Origin: Minisyncoccota bacterium
Lineage (GTDB): Bacteria; Patescibacteriota; Minisyncoccia; Phycocordibacterales; PALSA-1337
DNA: 64,000 nucleotides
Assembly (NCBI GenBank): GCA_035495115.1
Contig: DATJGJ010000007.1
Coordinates: 3,136-67,135 of the forward strand
Reading direction: 5' to 3'
The first letter of the stretch is position 1; each line of letters begins with the position of its first letter. Under the pieces are notes generated by a model, which did no database searches, was not told the DNA's origin, and was given only the letters and a program-made list of their open reading frames with translations. A program made the position numbers and the translations under genes. Of this stretch, positions 20,791-30,062 are shown one piece after another.

Positions 20791-20904
20791 CTGCCCCCCC
20801 CTATCCCCACCTTTACCGGCGGGGATTTTTATATTTCAATCCCGAATATATAAAAATGCAGGCAAAGAAAAAACGCCCTGTTACGGACGTTCTTTCTTTT
20901 CCTA

Positions 20905-21279
20905 TTAACGATGAACGCTAGCCAAGAGAGCCATCCAGCCATTTGTCGTAAATACCTGAGCCATCTTCATGCGCGTAATCGGGCCATAGTATCCTGTAGG
21001 CATTACTCCTATCGATGCCTGATAGCTTGAGAGAGCGGCCTTGGTTAATGGGCCAAAGTATCCGAATGGCACACCAACTGGCATGACGAGATATCCCTGT
21101 TCGCCCAACAATCCTTGTAGATCAGCAACATCGTCTCCACGTGAACCAACAGTCAAATCACGGCCAGTGAGAGTCGAGATCGCTGAAGCAAAAGCGCTGT
21201 GCGGCATTGAATACAATGCGATTCCTGATGTGAGCACAAGGGTCAAGACACTGCCAAATACGATTTTTTTAAAGGTCAT
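20905..21279 (-). CDS. Secreted peptidoglycan-binding (PG_binding_1-like) domain protein
   Basis: Signal peptide from the internal Met (MTFKKIVFGSVL...), LTVGSRGDDVADLQGLL...FGPLTKAALSSYQAS. Confidence 0.5.
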   Translation of the reverse strand: MTFKKIVFGSVLTLVLTSGIALYSMPHSAFASAISTLTGRDLTVGSRGDDVADLQGLLGEQGYLVMPVGVPFGYFGPLTKAALSSYQASIGVMPTGYYGPITRMKMAQVFTTNGWMALLASVHR

Positions 21280-21376
21280 GGTAGTTATTATTAGTACTAA
21301 TAATATAATAGGATTCGACCAAGTTCCTATCATCTACTAGTGACGTATTAAAACACGATTTTATTACGCTTTTTTA

Positions 21377-22435
21377 TTATTTAACACCCATAATTTGATG
21401 TGTCAAAAATGTATATATTTCAATGAAAGCAAAGAGTAGATTGAGCACGAGCGGTCCAAGGAAAATGCCGGCAGGACCGAAGAAAGCGATGCCGCCGAGC
21501 ACTGAGAGCAAAATGTAGAGCGGATGAAGCTCCATACCCTTCCCCATCAGTTTTGGACCGAGCAAGTTATCGATCAGGCCTACGGCGAATGTGCCCCATA
21601 TGATGAGACCGATAGCAGCTATCGTGTGATCAGACAAGAAGAGATATAGCACGGCCGGACCAAGGACAAGTATAGTGCCCATGCCTGGCACAAGAGACGC
21701 TATCGATGCGACAGTACCCCACAAAAAGGCATTTGGTACACCAAAAATAGTGAAGCCAATAGCAGTGAGACAACCTTGAATAAGAGCAATGATCAGATTT
21801 CCTCTAATGACAGAGTTAACGGCGATTTGGAGTTTACTAAACACTCGTTCGTCAGCCGTGTCTTCGAGTGGACTGAGTACTACGATTGCTTTTTTGAGCT
21901 TATAACCGTCTTTGAGGAGATAATAGAGAGCGATGATAAACACTGAAAGATCAATCACGAGTGCAGATGCACTCGAAAGAGCAGTGCCAAGGTTGTTGAC
22001 GAGCCAACTCAACCCCTGCTTTACATATTCATCGACGTTGCTTGAGAATGTGACCGATGCTGCCTCAGCTCCTGGAAAATACGAATCAAGGCTATACCCT
22101 GTATGCTGGATGATAGCTACGAGCGCATTTGTACCGCCACCGTTCTCTGCCAATGATCCATATAAGTTACGAGCTTCATGGAACACTTGCGTACCGAGAA
22201 ATGCAGCAGGAATAAATATACAAAGAATGCTCAACGCTACAGTGACAAACGAAGCAATCGACGGTTTATTGCCGAGTCGTCGAGAGATAAATCTGTATAA
22301 TGGCTGAAGTACCACTGAAAAGACAGTTGCCAGAGCCAGTGGAGCGAGAAATGGCTTGAAGATAAAGAATGACAATATAAGGGTACCAACGAGAAGAACC
22401 AACAGAAATTGAAGTTGTAATTTACGGTTGATCAT
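21377..22435 (-). CDS. AI-2E family transporter (PerM/YdiK/TqsA-like)
   Basis: 352 aa, 8 TM, typical N-terminal FxxPFLxP and overall topology. Confidence 0.75.
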   Translation of the reverse strand: MINRKLQLQFLLVLLVGTLILSFFIFKPFLAPLALATVFSVVLQPLYRFISRRLGNKPSIASFVTVALSILCIFIPAAFLGTQVFHEARNLYGSLAENGGGTNALVAIIQHTGYSLDSYFPGAEAASVTFSSNVDEYVKQGLSWLVNNLGTALSSASALVIDLSVFIIALYYLLKDGYKLKKAIVVLSPLEDTADERVFSKLQIAVNSVIRGNLIIALIQGCLTAIGFTIFGVPNAFLWGTVASIASLVPGMGTILVLGPAVLYLFLSDHTIAAIGLIIWGTFAVGLIDNLLGPKLMGKGMELHPLYILLSVLGGIAFFGPAGIFLGPLVLNLLFAFIEIYTFLTHQIMGVK

Positions 22436-23009
22436 AGAATTTCATTGTCTTAGTATCGAGCATGAGGTGTACCGTCTTGCCGATCGAAGGCGGGGTCGTG
22501 AAGCTGTCAGTGGGCTTTCTGTCAGCATAGTTCACTACAATAACATTACCATCGAGCTCAGTTGTTTGAGGTGCGATGCGATCGCCAAGAAAATATCCTT
22601 CTGAACCGACATTCCCTTTTGGACTACTGACGATAGCAACTACATAATAAAACTCGCCAGTTCCCCCTGTGGACTGAGCAACGAGAAATACGCGGTCAGG
22701 CACACCGTCGCCATTGAAATCGTGCACGACTTCATTGCCGAAATAATCAGTAGAGATTTCAACGGCAGAACCAGGCGCTGCCGGTATATCAGACTTTCCA
22801 TTTACGAGCGTTATAGGTTGATCTCCGATGATAAACGTAGCGTCATGGATCTGCGCAGGATCGGTCTGCTTTACCGGAACCTCCTTTGCAGGGGTGGCAT
22901 CTTTCTTTACATCAGGCTTGATTCCGATCATACCGAAACCAATCATGACCGCAAAAAGTAAGATGATAAGGCCACATAAAACAAGGATAAGAATGAGTAT
23001 TTTTTTCAT
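22422..23009 (-). CDS. Hypothetical secreted protein
   Basis: Signal peptide/TM, beta-rich; no recognisable family. Confidence 0.4.
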   Translation of the reverse strand: MKKILILILVLCGLIILLFAVMIGFGMIGIKPDVKKDATPAKEVPVKQTDPAQIHDATFIIGDQPITLVNGKSDIPAAPGSAVEISTDYFGNEVVHDFNGDGVPDRVFLVAQSTGGTGEFYYVVAIVSSPKGNVGSEGYFLGDRIAPQTTELDGNVIVVNYADRKPTDSFTTPPSIGKTVHLMLDTKTMKFYDQP

Positions 23010-23053
23010 ATCTCAATAGTACCATATACCCTGTGATGTTTTCACTTATATGT

Positions 23054-23947
23054 TCAGTTCAAAAACAACTCTGCGCCGAAACCATCTGACTGAATGAATG
23101 TTCTGTCTTTATACATGATGCAATATTCGAAATGATACAGAGAAAAAAGTGTTTCTGGTGGTACAAAGAACAGGCATGTAGTGAGGGCATCTGCAATAAG
23201 TGCTGTAGGCGCAGCTACCCAGACGGCTGCAATTTTTGTTGCAGACTCAAGCGTTTTTGGATTCATAATATGTGTAAAAGTCCCCCAAGCGCGTCGATTG
23301 CCCGACGAACCGCATATGCTTCCATTTTTGAGCGTGTATATGCCGATTGCTTTCGTGGTATCCATAGGATCTTCCAATCCAATACGCGCAACATCGTCTC
23401 CTGTGCGGAGGATATCACCGCCAGCATTTATGAGGTATGAACGTATGCCATGCCCATCGAGCACCTTTCCTACAAGATCAATGATATAGCCTTTTCCTGC
23501 AGCACCAAAATCAAGCTGCACTGGTTTTTTGACGATGAGCGCCGGCTTGCCATTCGAACTATCTTTGCTGTTTCGAAACTCTATGGCTTCATCCCATGTC
23601 GGCGGTCTTTGCAACTCTTTTTTTTGTTCAAGCGAATAGGCCGGATCGTATCCTGCATCTACGAGCATCTGCCCTATGAGGGGAGTAAAATATCCGTCAG
23701 TTTTTGTGTACAGATCATGATATGTCGTAAAGAGAAGATCAGCATCAAGCGGCAGTTCATATACACCGGACGCTCGTGCGATCTGCGCTACTGTCGAATC
23801 AGAGCGAAATCGAGAGTACACCAGATCAAATGCAGTAATGCGCTCTAGAATAGCCTTTGAGACAGCCCTCTCTTGTTCAGGTTCAATAAGATCGTATACA
23901 TCTATACGCCACACAGTTCCTATGGCTTTGAAATTGAATTGTGCCAT
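23054..23947 (-). CDS. apbE: FAD:protein FMN transferase (ApbE family)
   Basis: ApbE motifs QLDFGAAGKGYIID and INAGGDI. Confidence 0.8.
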   Translation of the reverse strand: MAQFNFKAIGTVWRIDVYDLIEPEQERAVSKAILERITAFDLVYSRFRSDSTVAQIARASGVYELPLDADLLFTTYHDLYTKTDGYFTPLIGQMLVDAGYDPAYSLEQKKELQRPPTWDEAIEFRNSKDSSNGKPALIVKKPVQLDFGAAGKGYIIDLVGKVLDGHGIRSYLINAGGDILRTGDDVARIGLEDPMDTTKAIGIYTLKNGSICGSSGNRRAWGTFTHIMNPKTLESATKIAAVWVAAPTALIADALTTCLFFVPPETLFSLYHFEYCIMYKDRTFIQSDGFGAELFLN

Positions 23948-23961
23948 AGTTATAAGCGCTA

Positions 23962-24525
23962 TTATGCTTTTGCTTGTGTTTTTATCTTTGCCAAAGCATT
24001 GTTGAAGCCAGTTGATGTGAGAGACGAACCTGATACTACCGTGACGTTAAGGCTTGAGATATTTTGACCTACGACATACTGCTTGTAGCCAGAAATGAAT
24101 TTGTCTTGATAACGCTGTGAAGTGTGATCAGCAATAACAGTTACAACAGTCGCATCAGTCACAATATCGCTCTTTAGAGTAAGAGTGACCTTGATCTCAT
24201 CTTGACCCCCAGGAGACATATACGTACCATTCGCCGTGTATGTACCATCCTTATAGAGTGCGGCGTAATTTTTTGGCGTTGTCGCAGGTGGAGGAACTGC
24301 AACCGGTGTCGATGGAGTGCGATCTTCATCATCATCTTCATCATCTGAAAACCAACGACTGATGGTTCCTCCTATCGATGTTGGCGTCTGGCCTGAACTA
24401 GCAGGGACAGACGAATCGCCGCTTGCTATAGCTGGTTGGACTATGGGCTTTTTTTGAGTTGCAATAGAAACAACTGCAATCGATCCAATGACAAAGGCGC
24501 TAACGAGTAAACCTATTTTTTTCAT
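23962..24525 (-). CDS. Secreted FMN-binding domain protein (likely flavinylation substrate)
   Basis: Signal peptide, Thr/Pro linker, C-terminal NqrC/RnfG-like FMN_bind domain (...VSGSSLTSTGF...), adjacent to apbE. Confidence 0.6.
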   Translation of the reverse strand: MKKIGLLVSAFVIGSIAVVSIATQKKPIVQPAIASGDSSVPASSGQTPTSIGGTISRWFSDDEDDDEDRTPSTPVAVPPPATTPKNYAALYKDGTYTANGTYMSPGGQDEIKVTLTLKSDIVTDATVVTVIADHTSQRYQDKFISGYKQYVVGQNISSLNVTVVSGSSLTSTGFNNALAKIKTQAKA

Positions 24526-24528
24526 GTG

Positions 24529-24948
24529 TTAAATGTGATTAGTTAAAGTAATATCTGATTTTTTCTTGTATTGAAGACAAAGTATATCAGAACCATTCAT
24601 AAAGACGACAAAAACTGCAATGGCAAGACCAAAATCTCGAACTGCAATCTGCCCATATCCGACTGTAAACATGATATCGAGCAGATGCAAAGCAATAAGC
24701 AGTGCAACAATACGAACTTGGTAGCCAAACAACAAGGCTGCGCCGAAGATCAACTCGAATAATCCGTTGAGCACAACAAGCGTGGATGCATCGAGATGAG
24801 TTAACGATACTATCGAATCAGGAATATATGCAATCCACGTTGTCGGATCTAGTAACTGTTGGAATCCAAACCATAAAATCACAGCTGATATACCATAACG
24901 CAGAACACTCGGTGCATACGTTTCAAGATTTATAAGTATTTTTTTCAT
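24529..24948 (-). CDS. DoxX-family membrane protein
   Basis: 139 aa, four TM, N-terminal LRYGISAVILWFGFQQL. Confidence 0.6.
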   Translation of the reverse strand: MKKILINLETYAPSVLRYGISAVILWFGFQQLLDPTTWIAYIPDSIVSLTHLDASTLVVLNGLFELIFGAALLFGYQVRIVALLIALHLLDIMFTVGYGQIAVRDFGLAIAVFVVFMNGSDILCLQYKKKSDITLTNHI

Positions 24949-25113
24949 GTATGTATTTTAACGTACTTTTATACGCAGTAGTGATTGTACGAGACTGATG
25001 CTCGTATCGGTGCAGAACATAAAGTATATTGCCATATTAGTAAAAATGATGTATTATAGTAGGCAGAGATCGTTACCAACAGGAACGATTAACATCCCAC
25101 CAAAAGGATACCC

Positions 25114-25953
25114 ATGAAGAAGTTCTTTGTCATTACGGCATTGATTGGCATCACACTCGGTGTTTCGTCCAACTCGTTTGGGCAGACACTGCAAACATAC
25201 AACCAGACCTGCGCACGCATCAACGTGTTCGAGTCATTCAAATACTACTTCCCTGAAACAGCCACACCAATGATCAGCGACATTCTGGCCGGCGTAGTGA
25301 ATGACAACTGCGTCTATCCCTACCCTAGTCTCAAATATCGGCTTGTCGGTCGCATCAGCAAAGGCAAGATTATCAAACAAGCCAATGCGACCTACGACCC
25401 GATTGAAGGTCGTCTGTTCTACTTACTCTACATTTCAAAGCAAGTGACTGGACCGCGAGCGAATTTGTCTGACAAAGCACTCGTCAACCTGACGAAGGAT
25501 GGCGGCGTGCGACTTGTAGGATCAGTTAGACGGCAGTGGGCGAAGAAACTGGAGCTGAACAACGGCTTCTACACTGACACATTGCAGGATTACAACACGA
25601 ATACTGCTGCAGTTTTAGTGGATGTCATCGCCCAGCCCTACTGGGTCCATCCGGCGAAGATCCCTGAACTGACAGTATCGACACCGGCAGGACAAGCGCT
25701 TTGGCAAGTCTACTACGACATACGTCTGGTTGAATTGGCCAAACGCTCAGTCGCAGTGAAGTTGCTCAATGACTGCGGTGTCATCTGCATTCCGACAGTG
25801 ACCTACGCCGGCACAAGGCCGATATATCTCGACCCTGTCGGCTGGAGTCAATATGACATCCCTGGCTTACAGCGTATCATCGCTGATAACTGGTCAGACC
25901 CTTGGTTTTGCAATGCGGCACGCGCAAAGCTCCAATCATTGAGTAACCCGTAA
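25114..25953 (+). CDS. Hypothetical secreted protein (paralog A)
   Basis: Signal peptide MKKFFVITALIGITLG; paralogous to 26076-26908. Confidence 0.5.
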   Translation: MKKFFVITALIGITLGVSSNSFGQTLQTYNQTCARINVFESFKYYFPETATPMISDILAGVVNDNCVYPYPSLKYRLVGRISKGKIIKQANATYDPIEGRLFYLLYISKQVTGPRANLSDKALVNLTKDGGVRLVGSVRRQWAKKLELNNGFYTDTLQDYNTNTAAVLVDVIAQPYWVHPAKIPELTVSTPAGQALWQVYYDIRLVELAKRSVAVKLLNDCGVICIPTVTYAGTRPIYLDPVGWSQYDIPGLQRIIADNWSDPWFCNAARAKLQSLSNP

Positions 25954-25960
25954 TCACCAC

Positions 25961-25990
25961 CACCCCTGAATTCTTTCGGGGGTGTTTTTT
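25961..25990 (+). terminator. Intrinsic terminator
   Basis: CACCCC...GGGGTG hairpin followed by TTTTTT. Confidence 0.6.
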
Positions 25991-26075
25991 ATTATTGTAA
26001 TGAAAGTGCTGCCGCTACGGCTTACCTTCGGATACAAAACCACCCAGTCAACCCCGTAATAGAAAGAGAACATAT

Positions 26076-26908
26076 ATGAAACTCAAGCTCACTGTCATAG
26101 CTGCACTCATAATCATAGGCATGTCAGTCCATCATGTTTTTGGTCAAAGCATCAGTTTCGACCAAACAACCGCAAATATTCGGACATTCGAAAATCAGCG
26201 ATATTATACATCAACAACGACAGGCCCATTGCTCAGTATTATTATCATTGGACTCGTGCAGAATAACACTACAATCCTCGGGAACAAGCATGATCTTGTC
26301 ACCACTGTCCCGAAAAAAAGCTAAACCTGCAGGTCGCCAATGCAAGCAATCCGGTTGATGCCGCGACGCTCAGTCTCTTGTATTACACACGACAACCTGG
26401 CCTATCTCCTACATTGAATGAAAAAGCGTTGAAAAGAATCGTAGGGGCAGATGGTAGCGCTATCAAATCATCAGTAGCTCGCGCATGGCAAAAAAACGAA
26501 GTTGGTAATAGCTTCATCGATGTGCTGGAAGAATTCAGTCCTGAGATCAATATTGAGATGATTGATCTCATCTCACAGCCATATTTCAACTCGAAGGCAC
26601 CAATTTATAAAAACACATTGGTTACCTACGCATCCCAAAGCCTTTTCGAAGTTTATTACAATGTTCGACTCATCGAGCTGACCAAGCGCTCTGTCGTAGT
26701 GAAGCTACTTGCGACGTATGGATACATCAACATCCCTCGCACAACATCAGCTGAATTCAGGATCAGTGGCGACCCAAAGATTGTCATCTTCCTCGACGAC
26801 GTATCCTGGGACGAATATGATGTGCCGGGACTCCAAAGCCTCGTTGAAAGCAACAACCCGTATTATGGTAATGCCGCAGCTGCGCAATTGCACAGCATGG
26901 GTTATTAA
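26076..26908 (+). pseudogene. Paralog B of the 25114-25953 secreted protein, disrupted by a frameshift in an A7 homopolymer (26313-26319)
   Basis: The N-terminal 82-aa ORF (frame 0) and the C-terminal 176-aa ORF (frame 2) both align to paralog A. The two frames meet at GAAAAAAAG, consistent with a 1-nt deletion from an original A8 run. Confidence 0.55.
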
Positions 26909-26925
26909 CAAATGTCATTCTCACA

Positions 26926-26956
26926 AACACTCCGAAGCAATTTGGAGTGTTTTTTA
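26926..26956 (+). terminator. Intrinsic terminator
   Basis: AACACTCC-GAAGCAATTT-GGAGTGTT followed by TTTTT. Confidence 0.6.
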
Positions 26957-26980
26957 TTTAAATAGATATATAATAAGCAC

Positions 26981-27904
26981 ATGAAATCATTTACCCATGA
27001 ACACAAACACCTCATCATCGGTTTTAGTATAGTCGGCAGCGTCATAGTCACCTTGGCAGCATATTCGCTCATACGTATGAATATGCTCTCTACACGAATA
27101 AACGACCTCTCAATGAGTATTGTAGCGCTCAATTCGAACCTAGCTTCGACGACGGCCGCACTGCAGTCCACTATTGAACAAACTCATACATCACTCTCGA
27201 GCGCTCTTTCAGCCGAACAGCAGCACGTCGGCACGATCCAGCAGCAGCTTGGTGGATTCCAAAACCAAGTAGGAACACTATCAGGTACACTGACTACCCT
27301 TCAGAAGCTTGCTCAAACCGATCCAGAACTATTGAAAAAATACTCGAAAGTCTATTTCTTGAATGAAAATTATGTACCTGATCACTTATCAGAGATTCCG
27401 AAGTCATATCAGTATAGCGACAACAAACAACTCCTGATTCAAACAAATGTTTTGCCACACCTTGAGGCCATGATCAATGATGCTTCATCAACCGGTGTGA
27501 TGCTGTACACTTTTTCTGCATATCGTTCATTTGCTGAGCAGCGCGCTCTCAAGGGTGAATATACGATGACCTATGGTGCTGGCACCGCAAACTCTTTTTC
27601 AGCTGATCAAGGTTATTCTGAACACCAGCTCGGCACAGCAGTGGACATGATCACGCCTGGCTTGGGTGGTGTACTTGAAGATACGTTCGACGGCACAAAG
27701 GCATATCAATGGATGCTCAACAACGCCTACAAGTATGGTTTCGAACTTTCTTACCCAAAAAATAACGGTTACTATGTTTACGAACCATGGCATTGGCGCT
27801 TTGTCGGTATAAAGCTTGCCTCATACCTACACGACAATAAACTCAACTTCTACGACCTTGATCAACGAACGATCGACACCTACCTCGTCAATATCTGGGA
27901 CTAA
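26981..27904 (+). CDS. D-alanyl-D-alanine carboxypeptidase, peptidase M15B (VanY-like), membrane-anchored with a coiled-coil stalk
   Basis: SEHQLGTAVD ... EPWHWRFVG zinc-ligand motifs of VanY/LAS peptidases. Confidence 0.75.
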   Translation: MKSFTHEHKHLIIGFSIVGSVIVTLAAYSLIRMNMLSTRINDLSMSIVALNSNLASTTAALQSTIEQTHTSLSSALSAEQQHVGTIQQQLGGFQNQVGTLSGTLTTLQKLAQTDPELLKKYSKVYFLNENYVPDHLSEIPKSYQYSDNKQLLIQTNVLPHLEAMINDASSTGVMLYTFSAYRSFAEQRALKGEYTMTYGAGTANSFSADQGYSEHQLGTAVDMITPGLGGVLEDTFDGTKAYQWMLNNAYKYGFELSYPKNNGYYVYEPWHWRFVGIKLASYLHDNKLNFYDLDQRTIDTYLVNIWD

Positions 27905-27909
27905 TTATT

Positions 27910-27982
27910 TGCTACGGGACTTGGAATCGAACCAAGATTCACGGCTTCAAAGGCCGCTGTCCTACCGTTAGACGATCCCGTA
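27910..27982 (-). tRNA. tRNA-Gln (anticodon UUG)
   Basis: Manual fold: U1-A72 acceptor UACGGGA/UCCCGUA, anticodon stem GCGGC/GCCGU with loop CUUUGAA, T-arm CUUGG-UUCGAUU-CCAAG, discriminator G; CCA not encoded. Confidence 0.8.
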
Positions 27983-28000
27983 ATAGCGAACCCTCACATC

Positions 28001-29017
28001 TTACTGACAAATCTTCACTACGGCAAGTTCGAGTGGTAACGCTTCGATACGAGCCCTGCTGACCCCTTCTGCTGCTTCAAGAAGTGTTTTGAGAGTCTCT
28101 GGACCAAGCGCCTTCTTGCCCGCTTCGCTCGATATAAAAGTCCAATCATCTGGCGATACGCGTGCTTTCAATATCGCATGCGAATCAGCTGAGTGTTGAG
28201 CGAGAAGGATGAATCTCATCTTTTCAAGTACAAGAGTGACGAAAATCTGCATCGATATGCCCAACTGCTCTGTCTCGCTGAGCACCTTGAGCGCGCTATT
28301 TGCATTTTTACTGATCAAACCTGAAACGAATGTATTTACCAACTCAGATTTCGGTGCACCGGTGATCGCTTCAGCCGCCTCACGATTTATTTTTTTGCCT
28401 GTAGAAGCTGCTATGACCTTTTCGAGCATGCCGAGAGAATCACGGAATGAGCCATCACCAAGAAGTGCGATGAGGTCAGCTGCACCCGGATCGAGCTCGT
28501 AGCCTTCTTTCTTTGCGACCGCGCTGATCTGCTTGCCCAGTATGTCTCGAGTCGGCGTTCTGAAGGTAAAAGTCTGGCAACGAGAGATGATCGTATCGGG
28601 AACCTTGTTGAGCTCAGTAGTCGCAAGGATAAAGATAACATGAGCTGGCGGTTCCTCGAGCGTCTTCAAGAGCGCATTCCATGCATCCTTTGAGAGCATG
28701 TGTACCTCGTCGATGATATAGACCTTGTAGGGGCTCGAGAACGGCAATACTGACACATGCTCGCGAAGGGCGCGTATATCGTCGATGCCGCGGTTTGAAG
28801 CCGCATCTATCTCACTTATGTCTTCTTCGGCTGTTTTGAGCTCACGTGCGAGTATACGAGCAACCGTGGTCTTTCCAGTGCCACGTGTACCGTTGAATAA
28901 GTATGCATGGGCCACGCGCTTTGAGGAAATAGACTCTTTAAGAGCATCGACGACGTGATCTTGGCCGATGACTTCAGACCAGCGAGATGGGCGATGAGTG
29001 CGGTAGAGGACTGGCAT
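28001..29017 (-). CDS. dnaX: DNA polymerase III subunit gamma/tau, short form
   Basis: HAYLFNGTRGTGKTT Walker A, IIDEVHMLS, SRC motif (ISRCQTF), GSFRDSLGMLEK sensor; only 338 aa. Confidence 0.75.
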   Translation of the reverse strand: MPVLYRTHRPSRWSEVIGQDHVVDALKESISSKRVAHAYLFNGTRGTGKTTVARILARELKTAEEDISEIDAASNRGIDDIRALREHVSVLPFSSPYKVYIIDEVHMLSKDAWNALLKTLEEPPAHVIFILATTELNKVPDTIISRCQTFTFRTPTRDILGKQISAVAKKEGYELDPGAADLIALLGDGSFRDSLGMLEKVIAASTGKKINREAAEAITGAPKSELVNTFVSGLISKNANSALKVLSETEQLGISMQIFVTLVLEKMRFILLAQHSADSHAILKARVSPDDWTFISSEAGKKALGPETLKTLLEAAEGVSRARIEALPLELAVVKICQ

Positions 29018-29047
29018 GAAGGTAAGTATAAAGGAAAATGGAGAAAG

Positions 29048-30046
29048 TTAAAAGTTGGCGGCAAGATACTCTTTCACAATCTTCTCCACCTGCTTCACAT
29101 TCTCGACTTCCATGAGCTGGACACGTAGCTCCTTTGCACCATCCCAGCCTGAGACATATGCTTTGAAATGTTTTTTCATGACTGCAAAATTTTTGTGGCT
29201 TCCCTTCTTTTTTCCATTGAAAGTCTTTGCGAAAAGCTTGGCATGCTCAAGCATGATCTTAAGTCGTTCCTCGGGAGTTTTATCTTTGACCATTCGATTG
29301 AAGAACCATGGCTTGCCGAATATGCCACGACCAATCATCACGCCATCACAGCCAAATTCTCGAATTTTCTTGTCCCCATCAACCAAACTGTGCACATCAC
29401 CATTACCGATGATGAGCGTTCTATTTTCAGGAGCCACCTCTTTTTGAACTTCATCGCGCAACTTCACGATCTCGGACATGAGCTCCCAATGCGCCGGCAC
29501 ATCTGACATTTCTTTGCGCGTACGCAAGTGAACTGTGAGCACAGGCAGATTTTGTTCAAGTAAAAGGCGTAGCCATTTCCAATCCACAGCATTATAGCCG
29601 ATGCGAGTCTTGATCGTGACTGGAATGCCGCCTTGTCGAGCAGCCTCCAATACTGCGAGAGCACTCTTTGGATCCTTGATCATCGCCGCTCCGCCGCCTT
29701 GTTTTTCGACTGATCGATCAGGACAACCCATATTGATATCGATACCATCAAAACCTAGCTTTGCCACCATTTTTGCAGCTTTTTTCATTGCTTCCGGATG
29801 GCCAGTAAAAAGCTGTGCCACGATAGGGCGTTCTTTCGGAGTAAAGGCGAGATCGCGCATGAGCATTTGCTTTCCCTTTGGCGAACAGAGGCCATCAGCT
29901 GAGACGAACTCAGTCCATGTCACATCAGGCTTGCCATATTTAGCGAACATAGCACGAAAAGCGCTATCGGTAACATTTGCCATCGGCGCCAAGACGAATA
30001 GCGGCTTCTTCATTTTTTGCCAAAAATTCTGCATAGGTTTGACCAA
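29048..30046 (-). CDS. dus: tRNA-dihydrouridine synthase (DusB family)
   Basis: LAPMANVTDSAFR, catalytic-Cys region IDINMGCP, TIM-barrel pattern. Confidence 0.8.
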   Translation of the reverse strand: MVKPMQNFWQKMKKPLFVLAPMANVTDSAFRAMFAKYGKPDVTWTEFVSADGLCSPKGKQMLMRDLAFTPKERPIVAQLFTGHPEAMKKAAKMVAKLGFDGIDINMGCPDRSVEKQGGGAAMIKDPKSALAVLEAARQGGIPVTIKTRIGYNAVDWKWLRLLLEQNLPVLTVHLRTRKEMSDVPAHWELMSEIVKLRDEVQKEVAPENRTLIIGNGDVHSLVDGDKKIREFGCDGVMIGRGIFGKPWFFNRMVKDKTPEERLKIMLEHAKLFAKTFNGKKKGSHKNFAVMKKHFKAYVSGWDGAKELRVQLMEVENVKQVEKIVKEYLAANF

Positions 30047-30062
30047 TCTAGCACATTATCCG

